Assembly (NCBI GenBank): GCA_964410165.1
Contig: CAYPFT010000002.1
Span: forward strand, 367 to 64,366
DNA: 64,000 bases
Reading direction: 5' to 3'
Source of the DNA: an uncultured Candidatus Saccharibacteria bacterium
Lineage (GTDB): Bacteria > Patescibacteriota > Minisyncoccia > Phycocordibacterales > CAIJYI01
A model generated the notes under the pieces. That model saw only the letters and a list, made by a program, of their open reading frames with translations. It made no database searches and was not told the DNA's origin. This document shows, piece after piece, positions 1-8,739 of the stretch (positions are counted from its first letter, which is position 1; every line of letters starts with the position of its first letter). Made by a program: the position numbers and the translations under genes.

Positions 1-2
1 AG

Positions 3-911
3 AATCCGGATGCTTTTCGGGATATTTTGCGAAAGGTGAAAAAAGAACACCGTGTGAATTTCGCGCGCATATCTTTACCCGAATCATACGCCTACCACGT
101 GGAGATGGAGATTGCGAAGGTAAAGAAAAAAGAACTTCGAGAAAGCATAGAGCTCCAGCTTGAAGAATATGTGCCGCTGAAAGCCGCGGAAGTATTTTTT
201 GATTATGATATTGCGAAAATCGCGCCACAGAGGTCGGATAGTCTAACCGCTATCGTATCCGTCATCCCAAAAGACATCGCGCTTTCTTATATTGATGTCT
301 TCGCCTCCGCCGGAATAACGATTATTTCCATGGATGTGGATGCCAATGCGGTTGCGCGCGCGGTCATTCCGGAGGGTGACCCCGACACATTCATGATAGT
401 TGATCTGGGAAGAGTGAAAACCGGCGTGTATGTGGCGAGCCGAGGGTTCGTGCGTTTTTCGTCGGAAATCGAAATAGGGGGCAAGACGGTTGTTTCCGCG
501 ATAGAGAAAAACGTCGGCTGTTCGACGGAAGAGGCTCAGGCATTGAAAGAGTCATGTTACGGTGAAAATTTTTCCGAAGAGACAATGTCTGAAGCGGTAA
601 AGAAAAGCCTCGTTGCCGTTTTTTCCGATTTGGTTGAAGAAATAAACAAACATTTTGTGTACTGGCACACGCACAAAGACAAAAACGGCGCGGGGAGAGA
701 AAGGATTGAGAAAGTTATTCTTACCGGAACAGAATCGGTTCTGGTCGGCTTTCAAGATTATTTGGCGGGGGGGCTTCATGCGTCGGTTGATTTGGCAAAT
801 GTTTGGACGAATGTGTTTTCCTTCGACGAACACATCCCGAAAATAGGATATCACGAATCGCTTCGTTTTAGTACGGCAATAGGGCTTGCGCTCGCGCCGG
901 AAGAGAATTAG
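3..911 (+). CDS. pilM: Type IV pilus assembly protein PilM (actin-like ATPase); 5' end truncated by window edge
   Basis: Reading frame is open from the window start with no in-frame stop before the annotated TTG. Translation has the FtsA/actin-like PilM architecture. It is followed directly by pilN- and pilO-like genes. Confidence 0.7.
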   Translation, partial: NPDAFRDILRKVKKEHRVNFARISLPESYAYHVEMEIAKVKKKELRESIELQLEEYVPLKAAEVFFDYDIAKIAPQRSDSLTAIVSVIPKDIALSYIDVFASAGITIISMDVDANAVARAVIPEGDPDTFMIVDLGRVKTGVYVASRGFVRFSSEIEIGGKTVVSAIEKNVGCSTEEAQALKESCYGENFSEETMSEAVKKSLVAVFSDLVEEINKHFVYWHTHKDKNGAGRERIEKVILTGTESVLVGFQDYLAGGLHASVDLANVWTNVFSFDEHIPKIGYHESLRFSTAIGLALAPEEN

Positions 912-930
912 TTGCACCACGTTTCTTTCC

Positions 931-1518
931 ATGATTAATCTTTTACCAACGGCGGAAAAATATGTCATCCGCAAGGAATACCACTTGCGGGTCGTTACCG
1001 TGTGTTTCGCCATGTTTTCTTTCGTACTCGTCGTCATGGTGCTCTCGTATCTCCCAACCTATCTCGCCGTTGTTTCCCGGCACGAAACATTTTTAGCCGA
1101 AATGCAGAATGATAAAACGCAAGGGCGCATGTCTCAAATGAAAGAGATGGAGGCGGTAATTCAAGAAACAAATAAAAAAATTGACTTACTGAAGATCGGC
1201 GCGTCAAACCCCGATGTCCCCGGTATTTTTCTGAAGATATTGGAAAGCAAGACGGCGGGGCTCACCCTTACGGGGTTTTCGTACGACTTCGGGGGGTATG
1301 TGGCACAAAAAGGAAAAGAAGAAGCTGTTCCGATAAGCATCAGCGTGCAAGGAAGATCATCCGATCGCGCGGCACTCATTGCGTTTAAGGATGCTCTCGT
1401 TCAACAAAAAGAATTTAAGACGGTTGATCTTCCCATTTCAAGTTTAGTGAAAGAAACGGACTTGAGTTTTTCGATACGCATCTTAATGGCTTTGTCCGAC
1501 AAAAAACAAGCGCCATGA
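931..1518 (+). CDS. pilN: Type IV pilus assembly protein PilN
   Basis: ATG at 931 gives MINLLP..., the INLLP motif typical of PilN. A single N-terminal transmembrane helix follows. It lies between pilM and pilO. Confidence 0.65.
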   Translation: MINLLPTAEKYVIRKEYHLRVVTVCFAMFSFVLVVMVLSYLPTYLAVVSRHETFLAEMQNDKTQGRMSQMKEMEAVIQETNKKIDLLKIGASNPDVPGIFLKILESKTAGLTLTGFSYDFGGYVAQKGKEEAVPISISVQGRSSDRAALIAFKDALVQQKEFKTVDLPISSLVKETDLSFSIRILMALSDKKQAP

Positions 1519-2093
1519 ATAGCAAAAAAAACAAAAGGCTTCTCGCGGTATTTTTCTCGATTAACATCGTCTTGGTCGGCGTGTACGGGTATTTCATTTA
1601 TGCGGTGGAAACAAAAAACAAGGAAACGGCGGTGTTGTACGCCGCATTTCACCAAGCGGCTTCGGACAGAGAAAAAATCCAGGGATTTGAACGCGTACTG
1701 AAAGATACCGAGAAAGACCGCAACCAGCTTTCCGCTTATTTCATTACGAAAACAAATGAAGTAACATTCATAGAGCGGATAGAAAAAATCGGCAAAAGCG
1801 CGGGGGTGGCGTTGTCTGTGAATTCGGTTTCGGACAAAACGAAAGATAGCGGAGCGGTCGAGCTTAACTTTTCAACATCGGGGAAGTTTTCCGATATATA
1901 CCGCCTTATGGCGCTTATCGAGTCCATGCCGTATAAGGTAACGCTGAAGAAAGCCGATATAAGGAAAGCGATGGTCGTGGGGGGAGCGGGGTCGGAATGG
2001 AAAGGGGACTTTACTGTTGCCCTTGAAAGCGTCGTTGCGGTAAATACCAAAGTGGCGCCGCCGGAAGTTTTGGCACACACGGACAAAAAATAA
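1515..2093 (+). CDS. pilO: Type IV pilus assembly protein PilO-like (bitopic membrane protein)
   Basis: N-terminal transmembrane helix followed by a coiled-coil-like region, of typical PilO size and position. Its start overlaps the pilN stop, suggesting translational coupling. Confidence 0.5.
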   Translation: MNSKKNKRLLAVFFSINIVLVGVYGYFIYAVETKNKETAVLYAAFHQAASDREKIQGFERVLKDTEKDRNQLSAYFITKTNEVTFIERIEKIGKSAGVALSVNSVSDKTKDSGAVELNFSTSGKFSDIYRLMALIESMPYKVTLKKADIRKAMVVGGAGSEWKGDFTVALESVVAVNTKVAPPEVLAHTDKK

Positions 2094-2107
2094 AGGTAAT
2101 TATTATT

Positions 2108-2500
2108 ATGCCAAATCCATTTTCTCGATTTACCATACAAGACATCATTGACCGCGATGCGGAGAAACTTGAGCCGCATCCGCGCCGCGTATGGGCTGGC
2201 ATCTTTTTTGCCGAGATTGTTTTGATATTCTTTGTGCTGTTGGCCCACTCGTATGTATACAATTACATGCGCACCAACGGTTCTTTTCAGCAGGATGACA
2301 ACCCGCCGGCGGTGACGGGAGCAAAACTTAACCGCAAAGGACTCGCTGAAGTTACCGCAATGTTTGATAAAAAAAATGCCCGGTTTCAAGAACTTCTTCT
2401 CTCATCTCCAGCGGTGGCGGACCCCTCCGCGATGACCGCGACCCAAAACACTCCCGGGGGTATTTCCGTTCAGTCCGGAACGACAACCTCCGCGCAATAG
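2108..2500 (+). CDS. Hypothetical membrane protein, last gene of the pilMNO operon (PilP-like position)
   Basis: One hydrophobic helix and a Ser/Thr/Ala-rich C-terminus. It is co-directional with and 15 bp downstream of pilO. No recognisable motif. Confidence 0.35.
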   Translation: MPNPFSRFTIQDIIDRDAEKLEPHPRRVWAGIFFAEIVLIFFVLLAHSYVYNYMRTNGSFQQDDNPPAVTGAKLNRKGLAEVTAMFDKKNARFQELLLSSPAVADPSAMTATQNTPGGISVQSGTTTSAQ

Positions 2501-2567
2501 CGAACGATTGACTGGCGGTAGAAATGTTGTTAATGTGGAAGACATTCTCTTTGTGTATAGCGGTGAG

Positions 2568-2587
2568 TTTTCCTCCCATAGTTTAAT
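2568..2587 (+). repeat. 20-nt partial duplicate of the tRNA-Arg 5' end plus 4 upstream nt (TTTTCCTCCCATAGTTTAAT)
   Basis: Identical 20-mer at 2738-2757, which is the 5' acceptor/D-arm of tRNA-Arg with its TTTT flank. The upstream copy cannot be folded into a cloverleaf. Confidence 0.6.
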
Positions 2588-2741
2588 CAAAAGAGGATAG
2601 CGAACGAAAACCATGAAGCCCGAAGCCCTAACAGGAATTCTGACTCACGCCACCACAGGAATTGGAAACGGCTGTCATTTGAGTTTCAGTGTATAGATAA
2701 GGGACGGGCATCATGCTTCAGAAGAGAACGGATAAAATTTT

Positions 2742-2813
2742 CCTCCCATAGTTTAATGGATAAAACGAAAGCCTTCTAAGCTTTAGATCCAAGTTCGATT
2801 CTTGGTGGGGGGA
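2742..2813 (+). tRNA. tRNA-Arg (anticodon TCT)
   Basis: Manual cloverleaf fold. Acceptor CCTCCCA/TGGGGGG. D-stem GTTT/AAAC. Anticodon stem AAAGC/GCTTT with loop CTTCTAA, giving anticodon TCT. T-arm CCAAG-TTCGATT-CTTGG. Discriminator A. No encoded CCA. Confidence 0.8.
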
Positions 2814-2893
2814 TGGTATACAAAAAATTGCAAAAAATGAGAAATGAGGTATTCTATTGCAGTACTTGGTGATATGGAAAACAAATAAATTAA

Positions 2894-2966
2894 GGGCGGT
2901 TAGCTCAGTTGGTAGAGCAATTCGTTTACACCGAAAAGGTCAGAGGTTCAAGTCCTCTACCGCCCA
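2894..2966 (+). tRNA. tRNA-Val (anticodon TAC)
   Basis: GGGCGGT TA GCTC AGTTGGTA GAGC; anticodon loop TTTACAC; T-arm AGAGG TTCAAGT CCTCT; 3' acceptor ACCGCCC; discriminator A. Classic cloverleaf. Confidence 0.85.
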
Positions 2967-3262
2967 CAATAAAATCGTCCCGAAAGGGCGATTTTATTGT
3001 GGGCGGTAAGGAAGGCAACTGCTTGCCTTCCGTGAGGACTTGAAGGGCGCAGCGTTGTTTTTGTTTGCCCTGCAAGGGCAAGGCAAAAACCGCGAGCTGG
3101 GGAAGCGAAAAATTTCCGTCAGGAAATTTATTCGTTGACGATGTCCTCTACCGCCCACAAATTACAAAAATAGCGGAGAGACCGCCAAAGGGTGGACTCA
3201 CCGCATTTTTGAATTTGTGGGCGGTAAGTGAATGAACTGCTTCATTCACGTGAGGACTTGAA
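2945..3262. repeat. Two tandem units (~2945-3043 and ~3143-3262) built from the tRNA-Val T-arm/3' acceptor: a direct copy plus an interrupted inverted copy, forming long hairpins
   Basis: GTCCTCTACCGCCCACAA occurs at 2952 (the genuine tRNA end) and again at 3143. Each is followed by TTGTGGGCGGTAAG, a 7-bp-stem hairpin with loop ACTGCT, and GTGAGGACTTGAA, which is the reverse complement of the T-arm. The hairpin stems are GAAGGCA/TGCCTTC versus TGAATGA/TCATTCA; they differ at several positions but are fully compensated. Confidence 0.6.
3165..3215. repeat. Partial copy (~35 bp core) of the MITE family found at 11284 and 49113
   Basis: AGCGGAGAGACCGCCAAAGGGTGGACTCACCGCA closely matches GGCGGAGAGACCGCCAAAGGGCGGACTCACCGACC inside the 49113-49287 element. 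Confidence 0.4.
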
Positions 3263-3421
3263 CGACGGAGGCATGTTTTTTTCGAGGCCGGCAAAAACGG
3301 CCGAGTTGGTGCCCAGACAAACTTTTTCGCAAAAAAATTTAGTCGATGGAAAGACTTCTCTGTTGCAGGCGTGATTGGAAGGCTCGTGTTGTGTTTTTTA
3401 AATAAAGATATTTCGTGTATA

Positions 3422-4330
3422 ATGTCTAACATGCCAGTCCAAAGTCTACAAAAAGCACAACAGTCAGTAACAGAGAATACCCTTCTAGAAATGGAACTTA
3501 GAACCATTTCCGCTGAAATTATACTCGGAGACTGCCTTGAAACTCTTAAAAGGGTGGAATCCAACTCTATTGATCTTATCGTTACATCTCCGCCGTATAG
3601 CGACCAAAGAAGCTCAACTTATGGGGGAATAAAAGCAGACAAATATGTAGAATGGTTTTTGCCAATAACAGGAGAACTTTTAAGAGTGCTGAAGCCAACA
3701 GGAACTTTTGTTTTGAATATAAAAGAAAAAGTTTCTGATGGCGAAAGACATACTTATACTCTTGAACTTATATTAGAAATGCGGAAACAAGGCTGGTTGT
3801 GGACGGAAGAATTTATTTGGCACAAAAAAAATTGTTACCCAGGAAAATGGCCGAATCGCTTCCGTGATGCATGGGAACGGCTTTTGCAGTTCAATAAAGA
3901 AAGAAAATTTAATATGTATCAAGATAATGTCATGGTACCTACGGGTGATTGGGCAAAAACAAGACTAAAAAAACTAAGCGAAACGGATAAAACGCGAGAT
4001 ACTTCTAAAGTAGGGAGTGGCTTCGGTAAAAACATCTCCAATTGGGTAGGTCGAGATATGGCATATCCAAGCAATGTGTTACATTTGGCGACCGAAAGCG
4101 GGAATAAAAATCACAGTGCCGCTTTTCCAAAGGAGTTGCCGAGGTGGTTTATCAAATTGTTTACTCAACCGGGTGATATGGTGCTAGACCCTTTTTTGGG
4201 TTCAGGTACTACGAGTGTCGTCGCAAAAGAAATGGGAAGAAATAGCATAGGTATAGAAATATTGGAAGATTATTATAATCTTGCAAAAGAAAATGTAGAT
4301 ACTACCCAAAACCAATGCGTTTTGTTTTAA
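3422..4330 (+). CDS. DNA methyltransferase (beta-class; N4-cytosine or N6-adenine)
   Basis: Motif IV SPPY (VTSPPYSDQ) precedes motif I FxGxG (DPFLGSGTT); this order is typical of m4C/m6A beta-class enzymes. The gene is very AT-rich compared with its flanks. Confidence 0.75.
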   Translation: MSNMPVQSLQKAQQSVTENTLLEMELRTISAEIILGDCLETLKRVESNSIDLIVTSPPYSDQRSSTYGGIKADKYVEWFLPITGELLRVLKPTGTFVLNIKEKVSDGERHTYTLELILEMRKQGWLWTEEFIWHKKNCYPGKWPNRFRDAWERLLQFNKERKFNMYQDNVMVPTGDWAKTRLKKLSETDKTRDTSKVGSGFGKNISNWVGRDMAYPSNVLHLATESGNKNHSAAFPKELPRWFIKLFTQPGDMVLDPFLGSGTTSVVAKEMGRNSIGIEILEDYYNLAKENVDTTQNQCVLF

Positions 4331-5097
4331 AATATATGCCAAAGCTAGATTATATAGAAATAAATAAATATATTGCCGAGGAGGTTATGAAACCATTTTA
4401 TGAAATCAGGCTTAAGAAACTGACCGAATTAAACCTAAACGCTATTCTGAAAAGAAAAAACCCGTACTTGTTTAAAGCAAAAAACATTGAGACAAGCGGA
4501 GAATTCATCAAGTATATTTTAGACGCGTATCTTTCTTCACAGGAAGAAACAATGTTTGGGAATCTTCTGGAACATTTAGCAATATTTGTTTGCGGTAAAG
4601 CTTTTAAGGGAAGAAAAGCGGAACAGGGTTTGTTGAAAAGCGTTGATTTGGAATTTGAAAGAAATAAAAAATATTATATTGTCGGAATAAAGTCTGGGAT
4701 TTATTGGGGCAACAAGGACCAGATTGACAGAATGAAGTCGAATTTTAAACAGGCAAAAAAAGTACTGAAAAAAAGCGGGGTTTCAAAAGAGATTATCGCC
4801 ATTAACGGTTGTATTTACGGAAAGGACAATAAACCGTTCAAAGCAGATGCCGACCAAGAGCAGAATTATTATAAAATATGCGGACAAGAATTTTGGGAAT
4901 TAATCTCTGGCGACAACGAGCTTTACAAGAATATAATTTTACCTTTGGACAAAGAAGCAAAAAAGAGAAGCGACCACTTCAAGGAGGCATATGCGGAAAA
5001 AACCAATGAAATGGTTAAGGAATTTTCAGATTCTTTCTTAACAAAAAAAGGCGCAATTGACTGGGAAAAAATGATTGATTTTGTATCTAAAAAATAA
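4315..5097 (+). CDS. Putative type II restriction endonuclease (cognate partner of the methyltransferase)
   Basis: Overlaps the methyltransferase stop by 16 bp with the same strand and the same AT-rich composition. No homology could be asserted from sequence alone. The call rests on position. Confidence 0.4.
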   Translation: MRFVLKYMPKLDYIEINKYIAEEVMKPFYEIRLKKLTELNLNAILKRKNPYLFKAKNIETSGEFIKYILDAYLSSQEETMFGNLLEHLAIFVCGKAFKGRKAEQGLLKSVDLEFERNKKYYIVGIKSGIYWGNKDQIDRMKSNFKQAKKVLKKSGVSKEIIAINGCIYGKDNKPFKADADQEQNYYKICGQEFWELISGDNELYKNIILPLDKEAKKRSDHFKEAYAEKTNEMVKEFSDSFLTKKGAIDWEKMIDFVSKK

Positions 5098-5230
5098 AAA
5101 ATTCGACAAACAAACCGTTTCGCCCGTGCTTGTCATCGAAGTAAACGATTCGTCCCAAGTAGGGGAAAAAAGAAAAATAAAATAATCAAAGTTGTGATAT
5201 AGCGGTTCCAACATCCAAACTCCCCACAAT

Positions 5231-5266
5231 AAAGGCGCCAATGGCGCCTTTATACGGTTTTTTAAG
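5231..5266. terminator. Bidirectional hairpin terminator between the restriction gene (+) and the sigma factor gene (-)
   Basis: AAAGGCGCC-AAT-GGCGCCTTT perfect hairpin followed by a T-run. Confidence 0.5.
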
Positions 5267-6215
5267 TATTCTTTAGAATTTCTCCCTTACACTGGCGCAG
5301 TTTCTTCAGCGCTTTTTCTTTAATTTGTCGAACATATTCGCCTGTTACGCCAATGTATTTCCCAACTTCCCGAAGCGTATGTTCATCATTTCCATTGAAT
5401 CCAAATAGGAGCTCGATAACCAACCGTTCTCGTGGCTCAAGACTGCTGAGAAGTTTCCCGAAGAATTCTTTTTGAGTATGAGAAGCGCAGTGTTCTTCGG
5501 GGGTGGATACACTGTTGTCCCGTATAACACGCGCCCACCCCTCATCGCTGTCTTCAGGGGATAAATCTTCTAACGAAAAATCGTTTGTTTTCCATGCGAG
5601 TTGGAGTAGCTCAATAGTTTTTGTGTCATCCTGAATGCCTAAGTATCGCATGGTTTCGTCGTCTGATGGTACGCGTCCGAGTTTTGTTTCAAGAACGTTT
5701 TTAGCGCGAAAATATACTCGCTTTTGTTGTTGAAGATGTACCGGGAGTCGAATAGTTTTCCCAAAATCCTCAATCGCTCGCGTTATCCGTTGGCGAATCC
5801 AATGGTCGGCATAAGTGGAAAACCTCCACCCAAGCTCAGGGTCAAATTTATCTACCGCACGCATTAATCCTATATTTCCTGCTTGGATAAGGTCGAGCAA
5901 CTCAAGCCCTCGGTTTTGGTATCGGTATGCGATATGGAGTACGAGGGTGAGGTTTGAGGTGATAAACTCAGTTCTTGCTTTTTGGTCGCCAGCTTTGATT
6001 TTTTTTGCCAGCGCTTTTTCTTGCTCGGCGGTGAGTTGCGGTGTTTTTGGGAACCCTGCCTTATAGAGATTTAAGATGTTGTAGGGAGGTATTTTTTTGG
6101 TATTCGTTTTTTTTGTGGTGAGTGGATTATTTTCCAAAATCGTTTCATCTTCGACGCTAGATTCCGGAATAAGTTCGGTATCAAAATCACCGGTAGTTTC
6201 AATAGGGAAAGACAT
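5262..6215 (-). CDS. RNA polymerase sigma-70 family factor (RpoD-like)
   Basis: Regions 2.1-2.4 are present (LTLVLHIAYRYQNRGLELLDLIQAGNIGLMRAVDKFD, YADHWIRQRI), and region 4.2 has an HTH (HTLREVGKYIGVTGEYVRQIKEKALKKLR). Confidence 0.8.
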   Translation of the reverse strand: MSFPIETTGDFDTELIPESSVEDETILENNPLTTKKTNTKKIPPYNILNLYKAGFPKTPQLTAEQEKALAKKIKAGDQKARTEFITSNLTLVLHIAYRYQNRGLELLDLIQAGNIGLMRAVDKFDPELGWRFSTYADHWIRQRITRAIEDFGKTIRLPVHLQQQKRVYFRAKNVLETKLGRVPSDDETMRYLGIQDDTKTIELLQLAWKTNDFSLEDLSPEDSDEGWARVIRDNSVSTPEEHCASHTQKEFFGKLLSSLEPRERLVIELLFGFNGNDEHTLREVGKYIGVTGEYVRQIKEKALKKLRQCKGEILKNT

Positions 6216-6340
6216 GGCAATTTCCTTTATTGGTAATGATCAGAAACTGTATTCATGTATACACCATACTTTTTGTTCCGTCAATTTTTTCGGGATATTT
6301 TCCCCTGCATTTTTTGCGACGCGTATGCTACTATAGCCTC

Positions 6341-7675
6341 ATGAAGCAAGCGTTAAAAACCCCTGTGCCGTTTTGGCTGGTCGTGCTCCTTCTTTTCGTG
6401 ATGGGCGCCGGAATGCTCATCCTTTTTTCTCTTTTTCGCCAAACTATTTTTAATTACGCGCTTTCTCTTCCTCCGGGCGCGGGCGGCAGGGCAGCCGTGT
6501 TTTCATACGGCGAACAGCCGGCGCTTTCCGATTCTGATTTTTTCAAAAAGACAAAAGACGGATTTATCGCGCAAAAAGCGAATTTCATCGAAGCGGATCT
6601 TTCGGAAATGAAGCTCCGCCTGTATACGGAGGGGGCGCTTATGAAAGAAGTCGCCATTCTGACGAAAGGAAAAGAAGGGTCGTGGTGGGAAACGCCGGCG
6701 GGAATTTATAAAATCGGGAACAAGGAGAAAAACCACTTTTCTTCATTCGGGAAAGTGTATCAGCCGTGGAGCATGACGTTCCAGGGAAATTTTTTCATCC
6801 ACGGCTGGCCGTATCATCCCGACGGGAGTCCGGTAGCATCCACGTATTCCGGCGGGTGCATTCGCCTTTCCGATGATGACGCGGAAAGCATTTTTGGGCT
6901 TGCAAGCGTCGGCATGCCGGTGCTTGTGTTTGAAAAAGATTTCGCCTCTGACGAATTTTCTTACCGCACCCGCACTCCTGACGTAAGCGCGACGACGTAC
7001 TTTGCGGCGGACATAAAGAACAATTTCGTATTTTTAGAAAAAAAGGCAAAAGAATCAACGGCGTTCGGCGATTTTTCACAACTGCTCGGAGCGCTCGTTG
7101 CGACGGATTACATTAATATTGAAAAGAAAATAATTTTGAGCGAGAAAGAGCTTTCCGGCGCGGAAGACGGGCATCTTATCGCCGGCGGCGAAGTAACGCC
7201 TTATGATCTCCTTCACCTCGGGATTGTCGGCACATCCACCGCCGCTACTCGCGTATTTTCCAATATGTTGGGAGAGAAACGCTTTGCATCGCTCGTGAAC
7301 GATAAAGCGCACTCGGTTGGAATGAGCCACACGACGGGCGGCGAGACAACTCCGGAAGACTTGTTTTATCTCGCAAAGTATATTTACCATAGCCGAAATT
7401 TCATATTCAAAATGAGCGCGGGCGACCTCAAAAGCGCCACGTATGGCGAATCAAAATTCAAAGACGTTCCGAACGGCAATCTTTTTTCAGAAGATCCGAG
7501 CTTTTTCGGCGGGAAGCGCCAGGTTTCAAGCGACGGCACGGAAAGATTCATGGGCGTGTTCAATCTGGAAATAGGTGGCGAGACAAGACCGATATTTATT
7601 TTTCTCGACGGTTCATTAAGCATCACGGAAGACATGCCGTCCATGATACAATATATACGAGGTTCTTATCGGTAA
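6341..7675 (+). CDS. L,D-transpeptidase (YkuD) domain protein with a signal-anchor and an uncharacterised C-terminal domain
   Basis: N-terminal transmembrane helix. Catalytic motif FIHGWPYHPDGSPVASTYSGGCIRLS, with His and the Cys of the SxGCIR signature. The ~250 aa C-terminal half has no recognisable motif. Confidence 0.65.
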   Translation: MKQALKTPVPFWLVVLLLFVMGAGMLILFSLFRQTIFNYALSLPPGAGGRAAVFSYGEQPALSDSDFFKKTKDGFIAQKANFIEADLSEMKLRLYTEGALMKEVAILTKGKEGSWWETPAGIYKIGNKEKNHFSSFGKVYQPWSMTFQGNFFIHGWPYHPDGSPVASTYSGGCIRLSDDDAESIFGLASVGMPVLVFEKDFASDEFSYRTRTPDVSATTYFAADIKNNFVFLEKKAKESTAFGDFSQLLGALVATDYINIEKKIILSEKELSGAEDGHLIAGGEVTPYDLLHLGIVGTSTAATRVFSNMLGEKRFASLVNDKAHSVGMSHTTGGETTPEDLFYLAKYIYHSRNFIFKMSAGDLKSATYGESKFKDVPNGNLFSEDPSFFGGKRQVSSDGTERFMGVFNLEIGGETRPIFIFLDGSLSITEDMPSMIQYIRGSYR

Positions 7676-7694
7676 CATATTCACACCAAAAAGT

Positions 7695-7955
7695 ATGAAA
7701 GAAATAATTTTGGAGGAACTTTCGTCGCCGGGGTGCCACAACTGCGCCGAGTTTGAAAAGTGGTGGCACACTATTGAGAGCGAATGGCCGAATGTAAAGG
7801 TCAAGAAAATAAGCATTCTCGACCCCGAAGGGCAGGAGCTCGCGGGGAAGCACATGATCATGGCGTCGCCCGGCATTATTTTGAATGGCGAACTCTTTTG
7901 CACCGGCGGGGTGGATAAGGCGAAGCTTGTGGCGAAATTGAAGGAGTTGTCGTAA
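7695..7955 (+). CDS. Thioredoxin-fold small redox protein (CxxC)
   Basis: 86 aa with a CHNC active-site-like motif near the N-terminus, of the MJ0307/glutaredoxin-like small disulfide protein type. Confidence 0.6.
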   Translation: MKEIILEELSSPGCHNCAEFEKWWHTIESEWPNVKVKKISILDPEGQELAGKHMIMASPGIILNGELFCTGGVDKAKLVAKLKELS

Positions 7956-7967
7956 GTTTGTAAAAAA

Positions 7968-8375
7968 TTAGAGCATTTCCACTGTAATTTCCCGCACTTT
8001 TTTGAGCGCTTTATCGTTTGTGATGAATTTTTTCGCTCCGGCGTCAATCGCGGTCGCTATATGAATGGCATCCGGGGTTGTGATGCTGTATTTCGCGCGA
8101 AGGTCGGAGGAAAGCCAGACGATGCGCTCGTTTATTCCGATAATGGAGAGGTTTGGAAATTTTCGAAGGCGATATTCATATTCCGCCGCAATGTTCGCCC
8201 GCCCTTTCTTTTTTGGGCCCGTCAATATCTCAATCATGCCAATCACGGAAAAAACGCCTTTGTATTTCCCGCTTTCTATGGCGTGGAGGACTTTTGCGGA
8301 TGGTGCGAGATACGCCGGATTCTCCTCAAAAAGATAGATAAAGAGGGAAGTATCAAGCGCGATTATTTTTTCCAT
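7968..8375 (-). CDS. vapC: PIN-domain ribonuclease toxin VapC
   Basis: 135 aa with the PIN signature acidic residues (ALDTS..., EIL, TPDAIHIATA). It overlaps the downstream antitoxin gene by 13 bp. Confidence 0.75.
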   Translation of the reverse strand: MEKIIALDTSLFIYLFEENPAYLAPSAKVLHAIESGKYKGVFSVIGMIEILTGPKKKGRANIAAEYEYRLRKFPNLSIIGINERIVWLSSDLRAKYSITTPDAIHIATAIDAGAKKFITNDKALKKVREITVEML

Positions 8376-8605
8376 GATGCGCGTTCTGTTTTAATATATT
8401 TCTCCGTACCCCCAAGCGACCGCCACACGTCTTTTCCGAGTCCCGAAAGCGCGGATACGGGGTTGGTGTGAGAACGCACAAGAACCGCTTTATCTTTATC
8501 CACCATATGCACCGAAACCTCCTCGCCCGCGCGAAGCCCCATGCCTTTTCGCACGGCTTTTGGAATGACGACCTGATATTTTGTCGAGAGCGTGGTGACG
8601 GGCAT
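8363..8605 (-). CDS. vapB: AbrB/MazE-family (swapped-hairpin) antitoxin VapB
   Basis: 80 aa. The N-terminal segment YQVVIPKAVRKGMGLRAGEEV matches the AbrB/SpoVT looped-hinge helix. It lies upstream of and overlaps vapC. Confidence 0.65.
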   Translation of the reverse strand: MPVTTLSTKYQVVIPKAVRKGMGLRAGEEVSVHMVDKDKAVLVRSHTNPVSALSGLGKDVWRSLGGTEKYIKTERASWKK

Positions 8606-8739
8606 AATGTTTTTTTGTTTAGCCTAATATGTTTTACATTATACTAAAAGTAAAACGATAGTCAAGCTGCGGATAGGCGAAGTTTTTAGTGAAATTGAAG
8701 GAGCTCTCATAGAGGATAAGATTTTGTGCTATACTCGGA

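Noticed and set aside
2562-2656. Possible extra tRNA (95 nt, ending ...ACTCACGCCACCA) upstream of tRNA-Arg
   Set aside because: Only the first ~16 nt resemble a tRNA, being a duplicate of the tRNA-Arg 5' end. No D-arm/T-arm pairing or GTTC-like T-loop can be drawn. Treated as a partial duplication rather than a gene.
2945-3262. CRISPR-like appearance of the repeated units after tRNA-Val
   Set aside because: Only two units, each >90 bp and tRNA-derived with internal inverted symmetry. No short direct repeats with unique spacers and no cas genes.
5222-5236. 11-nt match (CCCACAATAAA) to the tRNA-Val 3' flank as attR of the restriction-modification islet
   Set aside because: Too short to be significant on its own. 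Mentioned only as a possible boundary; the hairpin it sits in is adequately explained as a terminator.
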